This document shows positions 40,321 through 50,297 of a stretch of 64,000 nucleotides of DNA, in pieces; the first letter of the stretch is position 1; each line of letters opens with the position of its first letter. The DNA is from an uncultured Opitutales bacterium (GTDB lineage: Bacteria > Verrucomicrobiota > Verrucomicrobiia > Opitutales > Seribacteraceae). The stretch covers positions 197 to 64,196 of the forward strand of contig CAWUUU010000028.1 of NCBI GenBank assembly GCA_963924995.1, in the 5' to 3' direction. The position numbers and the translations under genes are program-made. A model generated the notes under the pieces. It made no database searches. It was not told the DNA's origin and was given only the letters and a program-made list of their open reading frames with translations.

Positions 40321-43300
40321 ATGAAAAAGTCTTTGTGGTTTGTTTTTGTATTGTTGGTAACCATCGCATCAGTTGATCTTATTATTTTTGATTGGTGGTT
40401 ACCTCAAAGATTTGAAACTCAATTAGCAAAGGGATTGCGTGGTGGAAAACTTAGCTTTGATGATATTGAATTAAACTGGAAAGATGGACGTCTAGTTGGA
40501 GGAAAATGGCAAAGCCCCAAGCGTGATCTTTTTTTAGAAGAGGGGAGTTTTTCCTATTCTTCATTTGATTGGTTCTTCAGTGATCATTCTCAAATTAAGC
40601 ATTTAGTATTGAGAGAATTCCGAGTTGTAGAAAAGGATGAACTCAATTCTAGTTTCAATATTTGGAAAGTACTTAATGACTTACGCTTACATTCCTTAGA
40701 TTATGGATGCGATTCAATTGATATAAGTGGAAGTTACGAAAAAAGTGAGATTTCAATTCCTTTTTCTATTTTTGCTTCTCATTCAAAATGGAAGAATGAA
40801 ATTAAAGCAGCCATCGAGATTAGGTTAGATGAGTTTTTTCCGCTATTTACCAATTTTTTGCCTGTCGGGAAAACCTTATTTTTAAAACTTTATGTACAAA
40901 GAGAAGAAAATTTCGGTAATCCAGTTTTACAAATCTCCATTCGCAACGAACTCCTCGGAGAAATTAGTTACATAAATGATGGGGAGTCTGAGTCTATTCA
41001 ATTATCTCCTGGTTCTAATAAAAAAACCGCCACAAAAATGTGGCTTACTGCAGATCGATTAATTGGAGGAAATCAATTTTCAGGCGATTGGAATGCAACG
41101 ACGTCATCGCAAAGTTGGGTAAGGCAATTCCCCATTCTTTCGCTTGTAAATGGATCGTTCGAGAGTTCTGGTGGAATTGAATTTGATACATATGAAGAAA
41201 AGGTTGTTATTCGTGCAGATGGAAACTTCTCGGTTTCATCGTTCTTTTTCCCGAAGGAGGGGCTAGTTCGTGGTCAGATAAAGGGACAATCTGAATTCTC
41301 AAATAAGAATTGGGTAATGGAAGATTTTCGTCTTTTGATTGAAAATAAATTGGGCGAACAAGTAGAAGCAAAAGTCATGTCTCCGTTTTCAGACTTTAAA
41401 AAAATTGAAAATTTAATTCTTTCTTTTAATTCATTTAATATTGGCCGATTAAAAGAGCATTTTTCTGCAGGTTCCAGAATGACAGGTATTTTTGAAGGCG
41501 AATTAATTGAGGATATTTTAAATCTGTCATCCGAAAATATAAGTTTAGAAACCAAGGAGAAAACTCAAGAAGAAATCAATTTGAATTTAAAGATACCTCT
41601 TTTTTCGAAATTTAAAAAAGACGGAGGGGTTAATTTCGAGATCGGAGTCTCTTCTGAGGTTAAAATACAAACGGGACTACTTCCACAAAGTTCTATAGAT
41701 TTTAATCAATCTTCATTACAGAACCTTCATCTCAAAGGGCGCATCCAACCGACTTTCTGGCTTGTGGACCAAGGAGAAGCTGAACTTGTTAATCAGGATA
41801 AAGAGGTGACGCTTACTTTTAAAGTGAAGGATTCATTTCGATTAAGTTTTAAGCAGGGTTTAGTAAATTGGTCCCCAGTAAGTTTAGTTGATGGGGAGGG
41901 GATTTCATTTTTTAGTAATGATTTTGCTCCTGAATTCTTTTTAGGAATTCAAAAAGTTCAGTTAAAAGTTCCGAATGTTGATCTTTTGGGAAAGATTGTT
42001 TTCGAGAATGGTTTACCTGTTTGGGTTATCGAAAATTTTCAAACCGAAGGAAATTTTCAAAATGTTAAATTATTGGAAATGGAAACTTTTCAAATTCAGG
42101 GGGATTTGAAATTTTATCCACATCTTGGCACCTATGGTATTTATGAATTAAATAATATTATTTTAAATATCGAAGGCGAAGAAATATCCCAAGGAGACTT
42201 GTCAATTTCTATCAATGAAAATTCAAAGGTTCACCGTGTTAGGAGTAATAATTTTCAAATTAGCTCTCAAATCGCTAATCAATTTTCATTTCCTAAGTCT
42301 ATTATTTTAGCTAATTCGCTAATTAAAATTAATCGGCTTGATTGGCATCTCATTGATAAAAATGAACTAGTGCTAGATGGACTAATTGTTTTGTCTTCTA
42401 TTGATAAAAAGCGGGTAAGAAATTTTGAAATTCCATTAAAATGGACATTGGTGAAGAAAAAAGAAGATTTTTCTCATTGGATTAAATTATCGTACAGTAA
42501 GAGTTCACGGTCAGATTTAGAAATAAACTTTATACCAGAAAGTAATCAACTCACTTTTCGTGGAGATAAATTAAATTTAATCGATTTGATGAATTTGTAC
42601 AAATCGAGCTTTGGTCCTTTCATTCAAAACAACTATGTTACTCCAGATTGGCTTAAAGAACGATTAAGCATAAACGCGCAATTATCGTTCAAAACTCTCA
42701 TTATCGCACCTTCTGTTGTGCTTAATGAGTTTGAAGCCGAAATCAATTTCGAAAAGCAAAAAATAATTTTTAAATCGAATTTTAAAGGAGCACCCATTAA
42801 AGGTGGATTGGATTTTAACTTAGAGGATTATAACTCGTCGGAGTCCTCCACTTTTAACCTTCAATTAAGTGGGCAAGATATAAATGCGTCTATTTTTAAC
42901 TCAATCACTGAGGTAACAATTGGGTTGGATGGTTTAGTTAATTGGAAACTGAATGCAAAAGGAAATATCGGCGGCCAGTATGAACTTAATAGCTCTATTG
43001 AAGTAAATAATGTGTCTTTGAATTTGCTGGAGGGGGAACACAAGACCAACATTGATTGGCTTAAGGAAGAAATGGAGAAGAGTCTGGGACATTCCTTTTC
43101 TTGGTCCGCTCCTCAGACTCAAATGATTGAGGTTTTTGGTAATCTTTTGATAGATATTTATTTCGCAAACGGCTCAATTGAGATTAATCGAAATGAATCT
43201 GGAGAATGGCGTTTTTCCTTATTGAATTGGAAAGGTCCAAACATGACTCTTTTGGGCAGGGGTACCATTTCTTCAGATGGTAATTTAAAGCTGAATCTAG

Positions 43301-43491
43301 TTCCTAGCTTTAAAAATAAATGGGCAGATTTTTTACAAGTGGTCAATGTTCTAGCCGCTGGAAATGTTCGACAAGGGTATCGAACATTAAAACGAGAACC
43401 ACTTGAGATTGAAGGACGTCTAGGTAGCTTGAAATTAACAAACTGGTGGAAATTGATTGGACAAGGAATGGGTTTGGAGCCCCATGAATAA
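40321..43491 (+). CDS. Large membrane-anchored beta-rich hypothetical protein, possibly AsmA-like
   Basis: 1056-aa ORF, N-terminal TM, alternating beta pattern, C-terminal PLEIEGRLGSLKL reminiscent of AsmA-like C-termini; AT-rich. Confidence 0.55.
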   Translation: MKKSLWFVFVLLVTIASVDLIIFDWWLPQRFETQLAKGLRGGKLSFDDIELNWKDGRLVGGKWQSPKRDLFLEEGSFSYSSFDWFFSDHSQIKHLVLREFRVVEKDELNSSFNIWKVLNDLRLHSLDYGCDSIDISGSYEKSEISIPFSIFASHSKWKNEIKAAIEIRLDEFFPLFTNFLPVGKTLFLKLYVQREENFGNPVLQISIRNELLGEISYINDGESESIQLSPGSNKKTATKMWLTADRLIGGNQFSGDWNATTSSQSWVRQFPILSLVNGSFESSGGIEFDTYEEKVVIRADGNFSVSSFFFPKEGLVRGQIKGQSEFSNKNWVMEDFRLLIENKLGEQVEAKVMSPFSDFKKIENLILSFNSFNIGRLKEHFSAGSRMTGIFEGELIEDILNLSSENISLETKEKTQEEINLNLKIPLFSKFKKDGGVNFEIGVSSEVKIQTGLLPQSSIDFNQSSLQNLHLKGRIQPTFWLVDQGEAELVNQDKEVTLTFKVKDSFRLSFKQGLVNWSPVSLVDGEGISFFSNDFAPEFFLGIQKVQLKVPNVDLLGKIVFENGLPVWVIENFQTEGNFQNVKLLEMETFQIQGDLKFYPHLGTYGIYELNNIILNIEGEEISQGDLSISINENSKVHRVRSNNFQISSQIANQFSFPKSIILANSLIKINRLDWHLIDKNELVLDGLIVLSSIDKKRVRNFEIPLKWTLVKKKEDFSHWIKLSYSKSSRSDLEINFIPESNQLTFRGDKLNLIDLMNLYKSSFGPFIQNNYVTPDWLKERLSINAQLSFKTLIIAPSVVLNEFEAEINFEKQKIIFKSNFKGAPIKGGLDFNLEDYNSSESSTFNLQLSGQDINASIFNSITEVTIGLDGLVNWKLNAKGNIGGQYELNSSIEVNNVSLNLLEGEHKTNIDWLKEEMEKSLGHSFSWSAPQTQMIEVFGNLLIDIYFANGSIEINRNESGEWRFSLLNWKGPNMTLLGRGTISSDGNLKLNLVPSFKNKWADFLQVVNVLAAGNVRQGYRTLKREPLEIEGRLGSLKLTNWWKLIGQGMGLEPHE

Positions 43492-43496
43492 AATTA

Positions 43497-44933
43497 TTAA
43501 GTCCTAAGAAGATTTAACCTTTTTGGTGAGAGAAAGGAGTTCAGTAAATCTTCGCCTTTAATATATTCTAGTCGATCGAGTTTCATATCTAAAAGGGAAG
43601 CGTAAATAATATTTAGCTTTTTTACATAAGTATCCTGAGCAAATTTCTCTATTATAGATTCTTTATTCTTCTGAATTATTTTTGAATCCAATTTGTCTAG
43701 ATTTATTTGTGACTGGATATCACCCTGAGCATGCTTGGATTTTGAGATAGATAAAATGATTTCTTCTTGAAATGCTTCATCTAGGCGCCCGAAATCAATC
43801 TGACCATCTTGTACAATTGATCGATAGGCAGTTTCCGTGGCGTCTTTTGGAATACCCTGTCTGTAATCAGTAAAAAATTGCTTTAGTGTAGCACTGATTT
43901 TTAATTTTAGTGTTTCCTTATTTACCAAGTGATTAAGGTCAATATTGAGCCGTTCGTATAGTCCATCTAAATTAATCCCTAGTTTCGAGAAATCTTGGGT
44001 TATTTCAGGAATATTTCGACCATGTAAGAATTTATTGGATGTCCATGGTTCCAGAAAGCCCAGTCCGAAACCCTCAGCGATACTGGTGGTGATTATGCCA
44101 TTCGCATGGTTTACCATGTCGGGGAATGTGCAGGTAGTTTGTTCTCCAAGACCAAAAGAAATGGGCAGGTCCAACTTATTACTGAACTCCTTCCATCTTT
44201 CAAATATTGGAGTAAAGTTCGGGTTGGTGGGGCCCAGGCTATTCGCAAAATGCTTTTCAGGGTGTGAGGCTGCAATCAGAGCTAATTCACCAAGGTTTTT
44301 TCTTCGCACCGCTCGAACAGGGTAGAGAAATAAGTTTTCGGGCAAGTCCTGATGGCTTTGGTTTATAGCCTCGTTATTAGAGGGAATAGAAATCGCATTG
44401 GGTAAGAGGTGAACCTGACTTGCTTTGCCTGTGAATACTTTTTTTAAAAAAGAATAATCCCGATGATTAAGAGCTGCATAATGAACCCTTGATGTTGTGG
44501 GGTAGGTCCGAGAATATACTTCTTGAAGCGCATTAAAATTGGAGGGTCTTCCGTCCTCCGCAAAATCATGAGGATGAAGAAGCAGTGGATTTGATTCTTC
44601 TGCAAGTAGCGAAACTGCTCGGGTTAAAGAAGGGTTTTTTCCTAAGCTATGATTGTGAATATGCCAGAGGTCAGGCTTTCCACCAAGCCCGGCTTTAGCG
44701 GCTTGCTCCATTCGTTCTTTGAGTAGTCGAGGAGAAATTGCATTTAATTGTGAAGAATAATCAAGTCCCTCCACGATTTGAACATTATTGATTTTATCAC
44801 CCGGGTATTCACGGCCACTCAAAACAACAAATTGAGGCGGGGTAGAGGTTCGGGCAAAAGAGTCGAGGGTATTTTCAATTACCCGAGTGACTCCACCAGG
44901 TTCAAGGTGATAATGGACAATGGCAACCCTCAT
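43497..44933 (-). CDS. GT-B fold (GT4-like) glycosyltransferase
   Basis: HYHLEPGGVTRVI, PVRAVRRKNLGE and SIAEGFGLGFLEPW. Confidence 0.8.
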   Translation of the reverse strand: MRVAIVHYHLEPGGVTRVIENTLDSFARTSTPPQFVVLSGREYPGDKINNVQIVEGLDYSSQLNAISPRLLKERMEQAAKAGLGGKPDLWHIHNHSLGKNPSLTRAVSLLAEESNPLLLHPHDFAEDGRPSNFNALQEVYSRTYPTTSRVHYAALNHRDYSFLKKVFTGKASQVHLLPNAISIPSNNEAINQSHQDLPENLFLYPVRAVRRKNLGELALIAASHPEKHFANSLGPTNPNFTPIFERWKEFSNKLDLPISFGLGEQTTCTFPDMVNHANGIITTSIAEGFGLGFLEPWTSNKFLHGRNIPEITQDFSKLGINLDGLYERLNIDLNHLVNKETLKLKISATLKQFFTDYRQGIPKDATETAYRSIVQDGQIDFGRLDEAFQEEIILSISKSKHAQGDIQSQINLDKLDSKIIQKNKESIIEKFAQDTYVKKLNIIYASLLDMKLDRLEYIKGEDLLNSFLSPKRLNLLRT

Positions 44934-44960
44934 GCCGATTGGGGCTTCTCGCGAGGAGAG

Positions 44961-45941
44961 TTAAGACTCGACCCTTCGATTACGGTATGCATCGATTTCA
45001 ATCATGGGAGGTCTTTCCTCTTCCACGACTTCCTGAATAAGTTGATTATATGAACCGTCTTCAACTTCGAAGCGTCGATAGAAGTTTTCCATATCAGGAA
45101 TACGATCAACTTTTCCTTGGCTATGTAAACGGTTGATGAAAGTCTGGAGTATACCGAAGCTCATTTTACCGAGCGCACTGGTGGTTTGATTTCGATGGAC
45201 TCTGCGATCGAGATCAGTTTGTGCAAACGCATCTAAACCAAACTTTTCATATAGATCAAGCAGGTGAGAGGTTTCCACGCCGTATCCGATTGGAAACGGA
45301 ATCATTTCTAAAACTTCTCTTCTCGCCGCGTACTCACCAGATAATGGTTGAATGATATTGGTCAGCTCAGGGTAAAATAAAGAGAATAATGGTCGAATGA
45401 GGATTTCGGTGACTCGGCCACCACCGCTTGCACGAAGACCACTCGAGTAATTAAGTGGTCTGTCGTAAAAGGCTTTTACATATTGTACTTCTTTTTGCTT
45501 AATGAGCGGAGCAACTAAGCCATAGACAAATCGTGGATGAATATTAGAAATATCTGCATCAACATAGCATATAATATCTCCCTTGAGTTGATGAATGGCT
45601 TTCCACAGATTCTCTCCTTTTCCTTTCTTATCACCAACCTCGGGAAGGATGTCAGAAGCTAAATATGTATCAGCACCATAGCTTTTGGCCACTTCAAGTG
45701 TTTTATCAGATGATCCAGAATCAATAACCGCAAATTCATCAATTAATGGATACCTTTCCATTAACTCAGACCGAAGAATTAAAACTTCTTTTCCTATTGT
45801 TTTTTCTTCATTGAGGGTGGGAATACACAAAGAAATGGTTAGTCCTTTTTTTTCTTTTTCCTTAACTAAATTCAAGATATCCCAAAATTCACCATGATGA
45901 AAAGTATTTTGGTCGAGCCATTTTTGATTGTCACCAGTCAT
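44961..45941 (-). CDS. gpgS: Glucosyl-3-phosphoglycerate synthase (GT81)
   Basis: PTLNEEKTIG, GKGENLWK, DADI, KAFYDRP, GGRVTE, QPLSGEYA, GYGVE and HRNQ; ATG 45941 overlaps the upstream TGA (ATGA). Confidence 0.9.
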   Translation of the reverse strand: MTGDNQKWLDQNTFHHGEFWDILNLVKEKEKKGLTISLCIPTLNEEKTIGKEVLILRSELMERYPLIDEFAVIDSGSSDKTLEVAKSYGADTYLASDILPEVGDKKGKGENLWKAIHQLKGDIICYVDADISNIHPRFVYGLVAPLIKQKEVQYVKAFYDRPLNYSSGLRASGGGRVTEILIRPLFSLFYPELTNIIQPLSGEYAARREVLEMIPFPIGYGVETSHLLDLYEKFGLDAFAQTDLDRRVHRNQTTSALGKMSFGILQTFINRLHSQGKVDRIPDMENFYRRFEVEDGSYNQLIQEVVEEERPPMIEIDAYRNRRVES

Positions 45942-47125
45942 GATTCGCAAAACCCTTGATCGATTGCCTGAAGAAGAGTAACGAGTTGAGCAATACCAGC
46001 TTGGAGAGGCTCAAGTTGAATAGTTTCATTTTCCTCTCCAATATTTTCCGCGTGGGTCAGCCCCAAGGTAACACCAGCATAGCCAGCCTCAATCAGTACA
46101 TTTAAGTCTCCCGTACTGGGGATTACTTGTGGGGTGATTCCGATTTCGTTCATTATCGAGCGTGTCGCTTTCACTAACGGATGAGTGAACGGTATGCTAC
46201 AATTAGGACGTGTCGCCACCACCTCAAGGTCCACCTTCGTGCCATCTTCAAGCGAACACTGTTCGCAAAGATCCTTTACCTGTTGGCGCAAGTCGGCGAG
46301 CACTTCATCGTCCTCACTGGTAATTTCAAAACGCAAACACCCACTGCGTGGAGTCTTGTTATAGGTCGAACCGCAAGTTAATCCTCCCAGTACCATCTTA
46401 GTCTTAGGCTCTATTGGCAGGGGGATTTCAAGAAGCTGTTTGATGATTCGAGTCAAATGTCCCACCGCACCCGAAGACCCAAAGCGATTCCAGTCATAAT
46501 TTCCTGGTACTTCTAAGCGGATTTCTCCCCTGAGTGTGCCCAGTCCTGAATAACTTAACCGGCCTTGACTGGCTCCTTCCAAGCAAATACCTGCACGGAT
46601 GGGACGCTGTTTAGTTTCTAAAAAATATCTTGCACCATCAAGATTCCCACGACCCAAACTTTTAGTATTAGCTAAAAGGATTAAATCATCTTTTAAGGTA
46701 ATCCCTAGCATTTGAAGAAGTTTGGGAAGTGTCACTACAGTGGCTAAGCCAATTGCATTGTCAGCAATCCCTGGTCCTGTGATTGAATCTGGCCCGACAT
46801 TGAGAACATGCTGAGTATTGGCGTCAAAAACAGAATCCGCATGGGCCATTACTAGAATGGATGATCTGCCTTCGCTGCCTGGTAAAACTGCAGATGCATT
46901 TCCTTGCTCATCTATCTCAGGATCTTCTAATCCATTTTCCCTGAATCGATCGACGGTGAGCCGGATACGATCCTCTTCGTTAAAAGTAGGTGAAGGAATT
47001 TCCCCAAGCAACACCGCATCGGTTAAAACAAGTTTCCGAGTTTCCTTAAGCTTTTCGATTTGCGTAGGTAATTCTTTGAGTAAATTCCCGAGGTCAAATT
47101 CTTTTGAAGTAGTTTCTAACATCAT
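45938..47125 (-). CDS. M20/M28 peptidase-fold protein with an altered active site
   Basis: IPSPTFNEEDR, AHADSVF, GPGIADNAIG and STGDLN; the expected EE motif reads TKSLG; start taken at 47125. Confidence 0.8.
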   Translation of the reverse strand: MMLETTSKEFDLGNLLKELPTQIEKLKETRKLVLTDAVLLGEIPSPTFNEEDRIRLTVDRFRENGLEDPEIDEQGNASAVLPGSEGRSSILVMAHADSVFDANTQHVLNVGPDSITGPGIADNAIGLATVVTLPKLLQMLGITLKDDLILLANTKSLGRGNLDGARYFLETKQRPIRAGICLEGASQGRLSYSGLGTLRGEIRLEVPGNYDWNRFGSSGAVGHLTRIIKQLLEIPLPIEPKTKMVLGGLTCGSTYNKTPRSGCLRFEITSEDDEVLADLRQQVKDLCEQCSLEDGTKVDLEVVATRPNCSIPFTHPLVKATRSIMNEIGITPQVIPSTGDLNVLIEAGYAGVTLGLTHAENIGEENETIQLEPLQAGIAQLVTLLQAIDQGFCES

Positions 47126-47273
47126 TTGATACACTCGCCATAATGTATTATTAAAAATCATGCCACGACAATCTGCATTTTTTCCTTTTATTTGTTGAAA
47201 AAGTTCAAGAGTTACGGCACAAAATGTGTTTGAACGATCGTGGCTATTAACAGCGAATATCGATCCTTTTTTT

Positions 47274-48530
47274 ATGTCAAAAAACATAGGCTTTATTTCA
47301 ACCCGTTTTGCAGGCCAAGACGGAGTATCTCTCGAAAGTGCAAAGTGGGCAGAAGTTCTTTGGGAGGATCATCATATCAGTTATTGGTATAGCGGGCAGA
47401 GCGATCGAGATCCTGACATCAGTTTTGTGGTCCCTGAGGCTTATTTTGGTTTTTCAGAAAATAAGTGGATAAATGAAAGAATTTGGGGGTCAGGGCAGCG
47501 AGACCGTTTTGTCTCTTCAAGGATCAGGGATTTGGCTGACTATTTAAAGAGTACGCTTTATCGCTTTGTCGAGAGGTTCAATATTGATATTGTCATCCCC
47601 CAAAATTGTTTGGCTATTCCGATGCACCTTCCCTTAGGCATTGCATTGACTGAATTTTTATCGGAGACCCAAATGCCTGCCATAGCTCACCATCATGACT
47701 TCTTTTGGGAGCGAACTAGGTTTTCAGTTAACTCAGTTCCTGAGTACTTAGATATGAGTTTTCCTCCCAAGTTTTCAAATATGAGGAATGTAGTCATAAA
47801 TCAGGAAGCGCAGGAGCAACTTGCATTGAGGAAAGGCCTGTCTTCATTAGTGATTCCCAATGTATTTGATTTTGACAATCCACCTGATCATATTGACGAG
47901 TATGCCTCGGATGTTCGTGAAGAACTTGGACTCGCAGAGGATGATTTTTTTATTCTTCAACCCACCCGAGTTGTTCCGAGGAAAGGGATCGAGCAGGCGA
48001 TCAAATTAGTTAGCTTACTTAAAGATCCGCGCTGTAAATTAGTGATTTCACATGAAGCGGGTGATGAAGGATATGAGTATTTAGGAATGCTTGAACAATT
48101 AGCCAAAGAGGAAGGTGTCGATATGCGAGTGGTCGCTGATCGGGTAGGAGAGGTAAGGCAACGAGATTCGGATGGAAAAAAAATATACACCTTGTGGGAT
48201 CTTTATCTTCATGCAGACTTTGTCACATATCCGAGTACATACGAAGGATTTGGAAATGCTCTTCTAGAGGCGATTTACTTTCGTAAACCCGTTTTAATTA
48301 ATCGCTATTCTATTTTTGTTCGTGATATTGAGCCAAAGGGTTTTCGTTTGTTAACCATGGACGGGTTTGTTACTCCGACCGTGGCCAAGAGGGTAAAACA
48401 ACTTCTTTTTGATGAAGAACTTCGAAATGAGATCGTAAATTTCAATTATGAAGTCGCCCGGCAATTTTATTCTTATTCTGTAATCCGGAGTAATTTACGT
48501 CCTTTTATTGCCAGCTTAACCGGTTACTAA
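47274..48530 (+). CDS. GT4 glycosyltransferase, mannosylglucosylglycerate synthase (MggS)-like
   Basis: IGFISTRFAGQDGVSLESAKW, HHHDFFWER, QPTRVVPRKGIE and YPSTYEGFGNALLEA. Confidence 0.75.
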   Translation: MSKNIGFISTRFAGQDGVSLESAKWAEVLWEDHHISYWYSGQSDRDPDISFVVPEAYFGFSENKWINERIWGSGQRDRFVSSRIRDLADYLKSTLYRFVERFNIDIVIPQNCLAIPMHLPLGIALTEFLSETQMPAIAHHHDFFWERTRFSVNSVPEYLDMSFPPKFSNMRNVVINQEAQEQLALRKGLSSLVIPNVFDFDNPPDHIDEYASDVREELGLAEDDFFILQPTRVVPRKGIEQAIKLVSLLKDPRCKLVISHEAGDEGYEYLGMLEQLAKEEGVDMRVVADRVGEVRQRDSDGKKIYTLWDLYLHADFVTYPSTYEGFGNALLEAIYFRKPVLINRYSIFVRDIEPKGFRLLTMDGFVTPTVAKRVKQLLFDEELRNEIVNFNYEVARQFYSYSVIRSNLRPFIASLTGY

Positions 48531-48533
48531 TTT

Positions 48534-50297
48534 ATGAAGAATCCATCTTTGACATCCTCCATGAAGCACGTATCTAGTGCAAAGCTTAAAACAATTAGAA
48601 AGCGGTTTGCCAATTTATATGGAGTGGAAGTGGCGGACTCTCTTTTGGATCGATTTTTTCATATGATCGGGCGTTATGGTGTGGGCGTACATCGATCAAC
48701 ATTGTCATCCAAAGTAATTTCCCAAAAAGATGCGGTTTTAATTACCTATGCCGACATGGTCTCAAATGAAAAAGCTCATCCTTTGTCCACATTAAGGGAA
48801 TTTTGTACGGCTCGGTTAAAAGGTGCATTTTCTGCAATTCATATTTTACCCTTTTACCCATGGACTTCGGATGATGGTTTTTCTGTGGTTGATTATCGAG
48901 AAGTTGACCAGAGGTATGGCAATTGGGATGATGTTTCCAGGTTATCGGAAGAATTCGAGCTTATGTTCGATTTAGTACTCAACCACTGTTCTTCAAAAAG
49001 TCCATGGTTTCGCGAATATGTTTCTGGAGTTGAGCCGGGAAGTAATTACATCCTTGAAGGAGATAAGGATGCCGACCTCTCTGCTGTCGTCAGACCGCGT
49101 GCCTCCCCATTGCTTACCCCTTATCAAACTCGCAAAGGTGAAAGGCATGTGTGGACTACTTTTAGTGCGGATCAGGTTGATTTGGACTGGACGAGCCCCG
49201 ATCTACTTTTTGAATTTCTTGATATTATCATGTTTTACGCCTCAATTGGTTGTAGGATTCTGAGACTTGATGCGGTGGCATTTCTGTGGAAAGAGATTGG
49301 TACAAATTGTTTACACCAGCCCAAGACGCATGAAGTTATCAAATTGATTAGGAATTTTATCGAGGTCGTTGCTCCTGAAGTTTTTATTTTAACTGAAACC
49401 AATGTACCGCATCAGGAAAATATTTCATACTTTGGAAAAGGAGATGAAGCTCATGCTGTTTATCAGTTCCCTCTCCCTCCTCTTCTGCTCCATGGCTTAC
49501 TACGAGGCACAGCCGAACATGTAACTAATTGGGCCGCAAATTTAGCACCGCCTCCAAAGGGTTGCCATTTTCTTAATTTCACTGCAAGTCATGATGGAAT
49601 TGGAGTTAGGCCATTGGAAGGAATTTTACCTACGGAAGAGATTCTAGCTCTTGCCGATGAAGTACGGGGCAATGGTGGACATGTTTCTATGCGTAAGCTT
49701 GAAGATGGAACAGAATTCCCCTACGAGTTAAATGCAACTTATTACGGGGCACTTTCTCATCAAAAAGATACCGAATTGGGGAACAAGAGATTTCTTTGCT
49801 CACAAGCGATTGCATTAGCGATGAAGGGCATTCCCGCTGTTTATTTCCATTCGCTTTGTGCTACCCCCAATTATACGGAAGGGGTCAAGGAGACTGGTCA
49901 TAATCGTACCATTAATCGCAGAAAATGGAAAAGTGATGAACTAGATAATTTATTAGATGATGAGAGTGGTAATTCGGGAGAAATTTTTGAATGGTATACT
50001 CGGGTATTACGAAGACGAGCATCATGCCCAGCTTTTCATCCAGATGCTTTGCAAAAAGTAATAGATTTAGGTAAAGATGTTTTCGCATTTGAGCGAAAAT
50101 CTATCGATGGAGGACAGACGATATTATGCTTGTTTAACTTTCTTCCTATTGAAGTTAAGATTAATCAAAAACAAGCTGGCTCCTTTTATTTGTCCAATGG
50201 AACGGTTAAAGATTTGATCAGTGGAGGGGAGTTTTCTTTTGATAGTAGCTCTTTTGCCCTTCGACCTTATCAAGCCCTTTGGCTTTGTCAGAATTGA
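48534..50297 (+). CDS. GH13_18 glycoside phosphorylase, probably glucosylglycerate phosphorylase
   Basis: RLDAVAFLWK (nucleophile), TETNVPH (acid/base followed by Asn), ASHDGIG and PYELN loop; these fit GG phosphorylase better than sucrose phosphorylase; gpgS nearby. Confidence 0.82.
   Translation: MKNPSLTSSMKHVSSAKLKTIRKRFANLYGVEVADSLLDRFFHMIGRYGVGVHRSTLSSKVISQKDAVLITYADMVSNEKAHPLSTLREFCTARLKGAFSAIHILPFYPWTSDDGFSVVDYREVDQRYGNWDDVSRLSEEFELMFDLVLNHCSSKSPWFREYVSGVEPGSNYILEGDKDADLSAVVRPRASPLLTPYQTRKGERHVWTTFSADQVDLDWTSPDLLFEFLDIIMFYASIGCRILRLDAVAFLWKEIGTNCLHQPKTHEVIKLIRNFIEVVAPEVFILTETNVPHQENISYFGKGDEAHAVYQFPLPPLLLHGLLRGTAEHVTNWAANLAPPPKGCHFLNFTASHDGIGVRPLEGILPTEEILALADEVRGNGGHVSMRKLEDGTEFPYELNATYYGALSHQKDTELGNKRFLCSQAIALAMKGIPAVYFHSLCATPNYTEGVKETGHNRTINRRKWKSDELDNLLDDESGNSGEIFEWYTRVLRRRASCPAFHPDALQKVIDLGKDVFAFERKSIDGGQTILCLFNFLPIEVKINQKQAGSFYLSNGTVKDLISGGEFSFDSSSFALRPYQALWLCQN

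Noticed and set aside
47126-47273. sigma54 promoter for the glucosylglycerate cluster
   Set aside because: Candidates TGCCACGACAATCTGCA and CGGCACAAAATGTGT lack the invariant GG-N10-GC.
47126-47287. Apparent head-to-head overlap of the M20 and GT4 ORFs
   Set aside because: Artefact of longest-ORF starts; ATG 47125 and ATG 47274 leave a normal divergent intergenic region.
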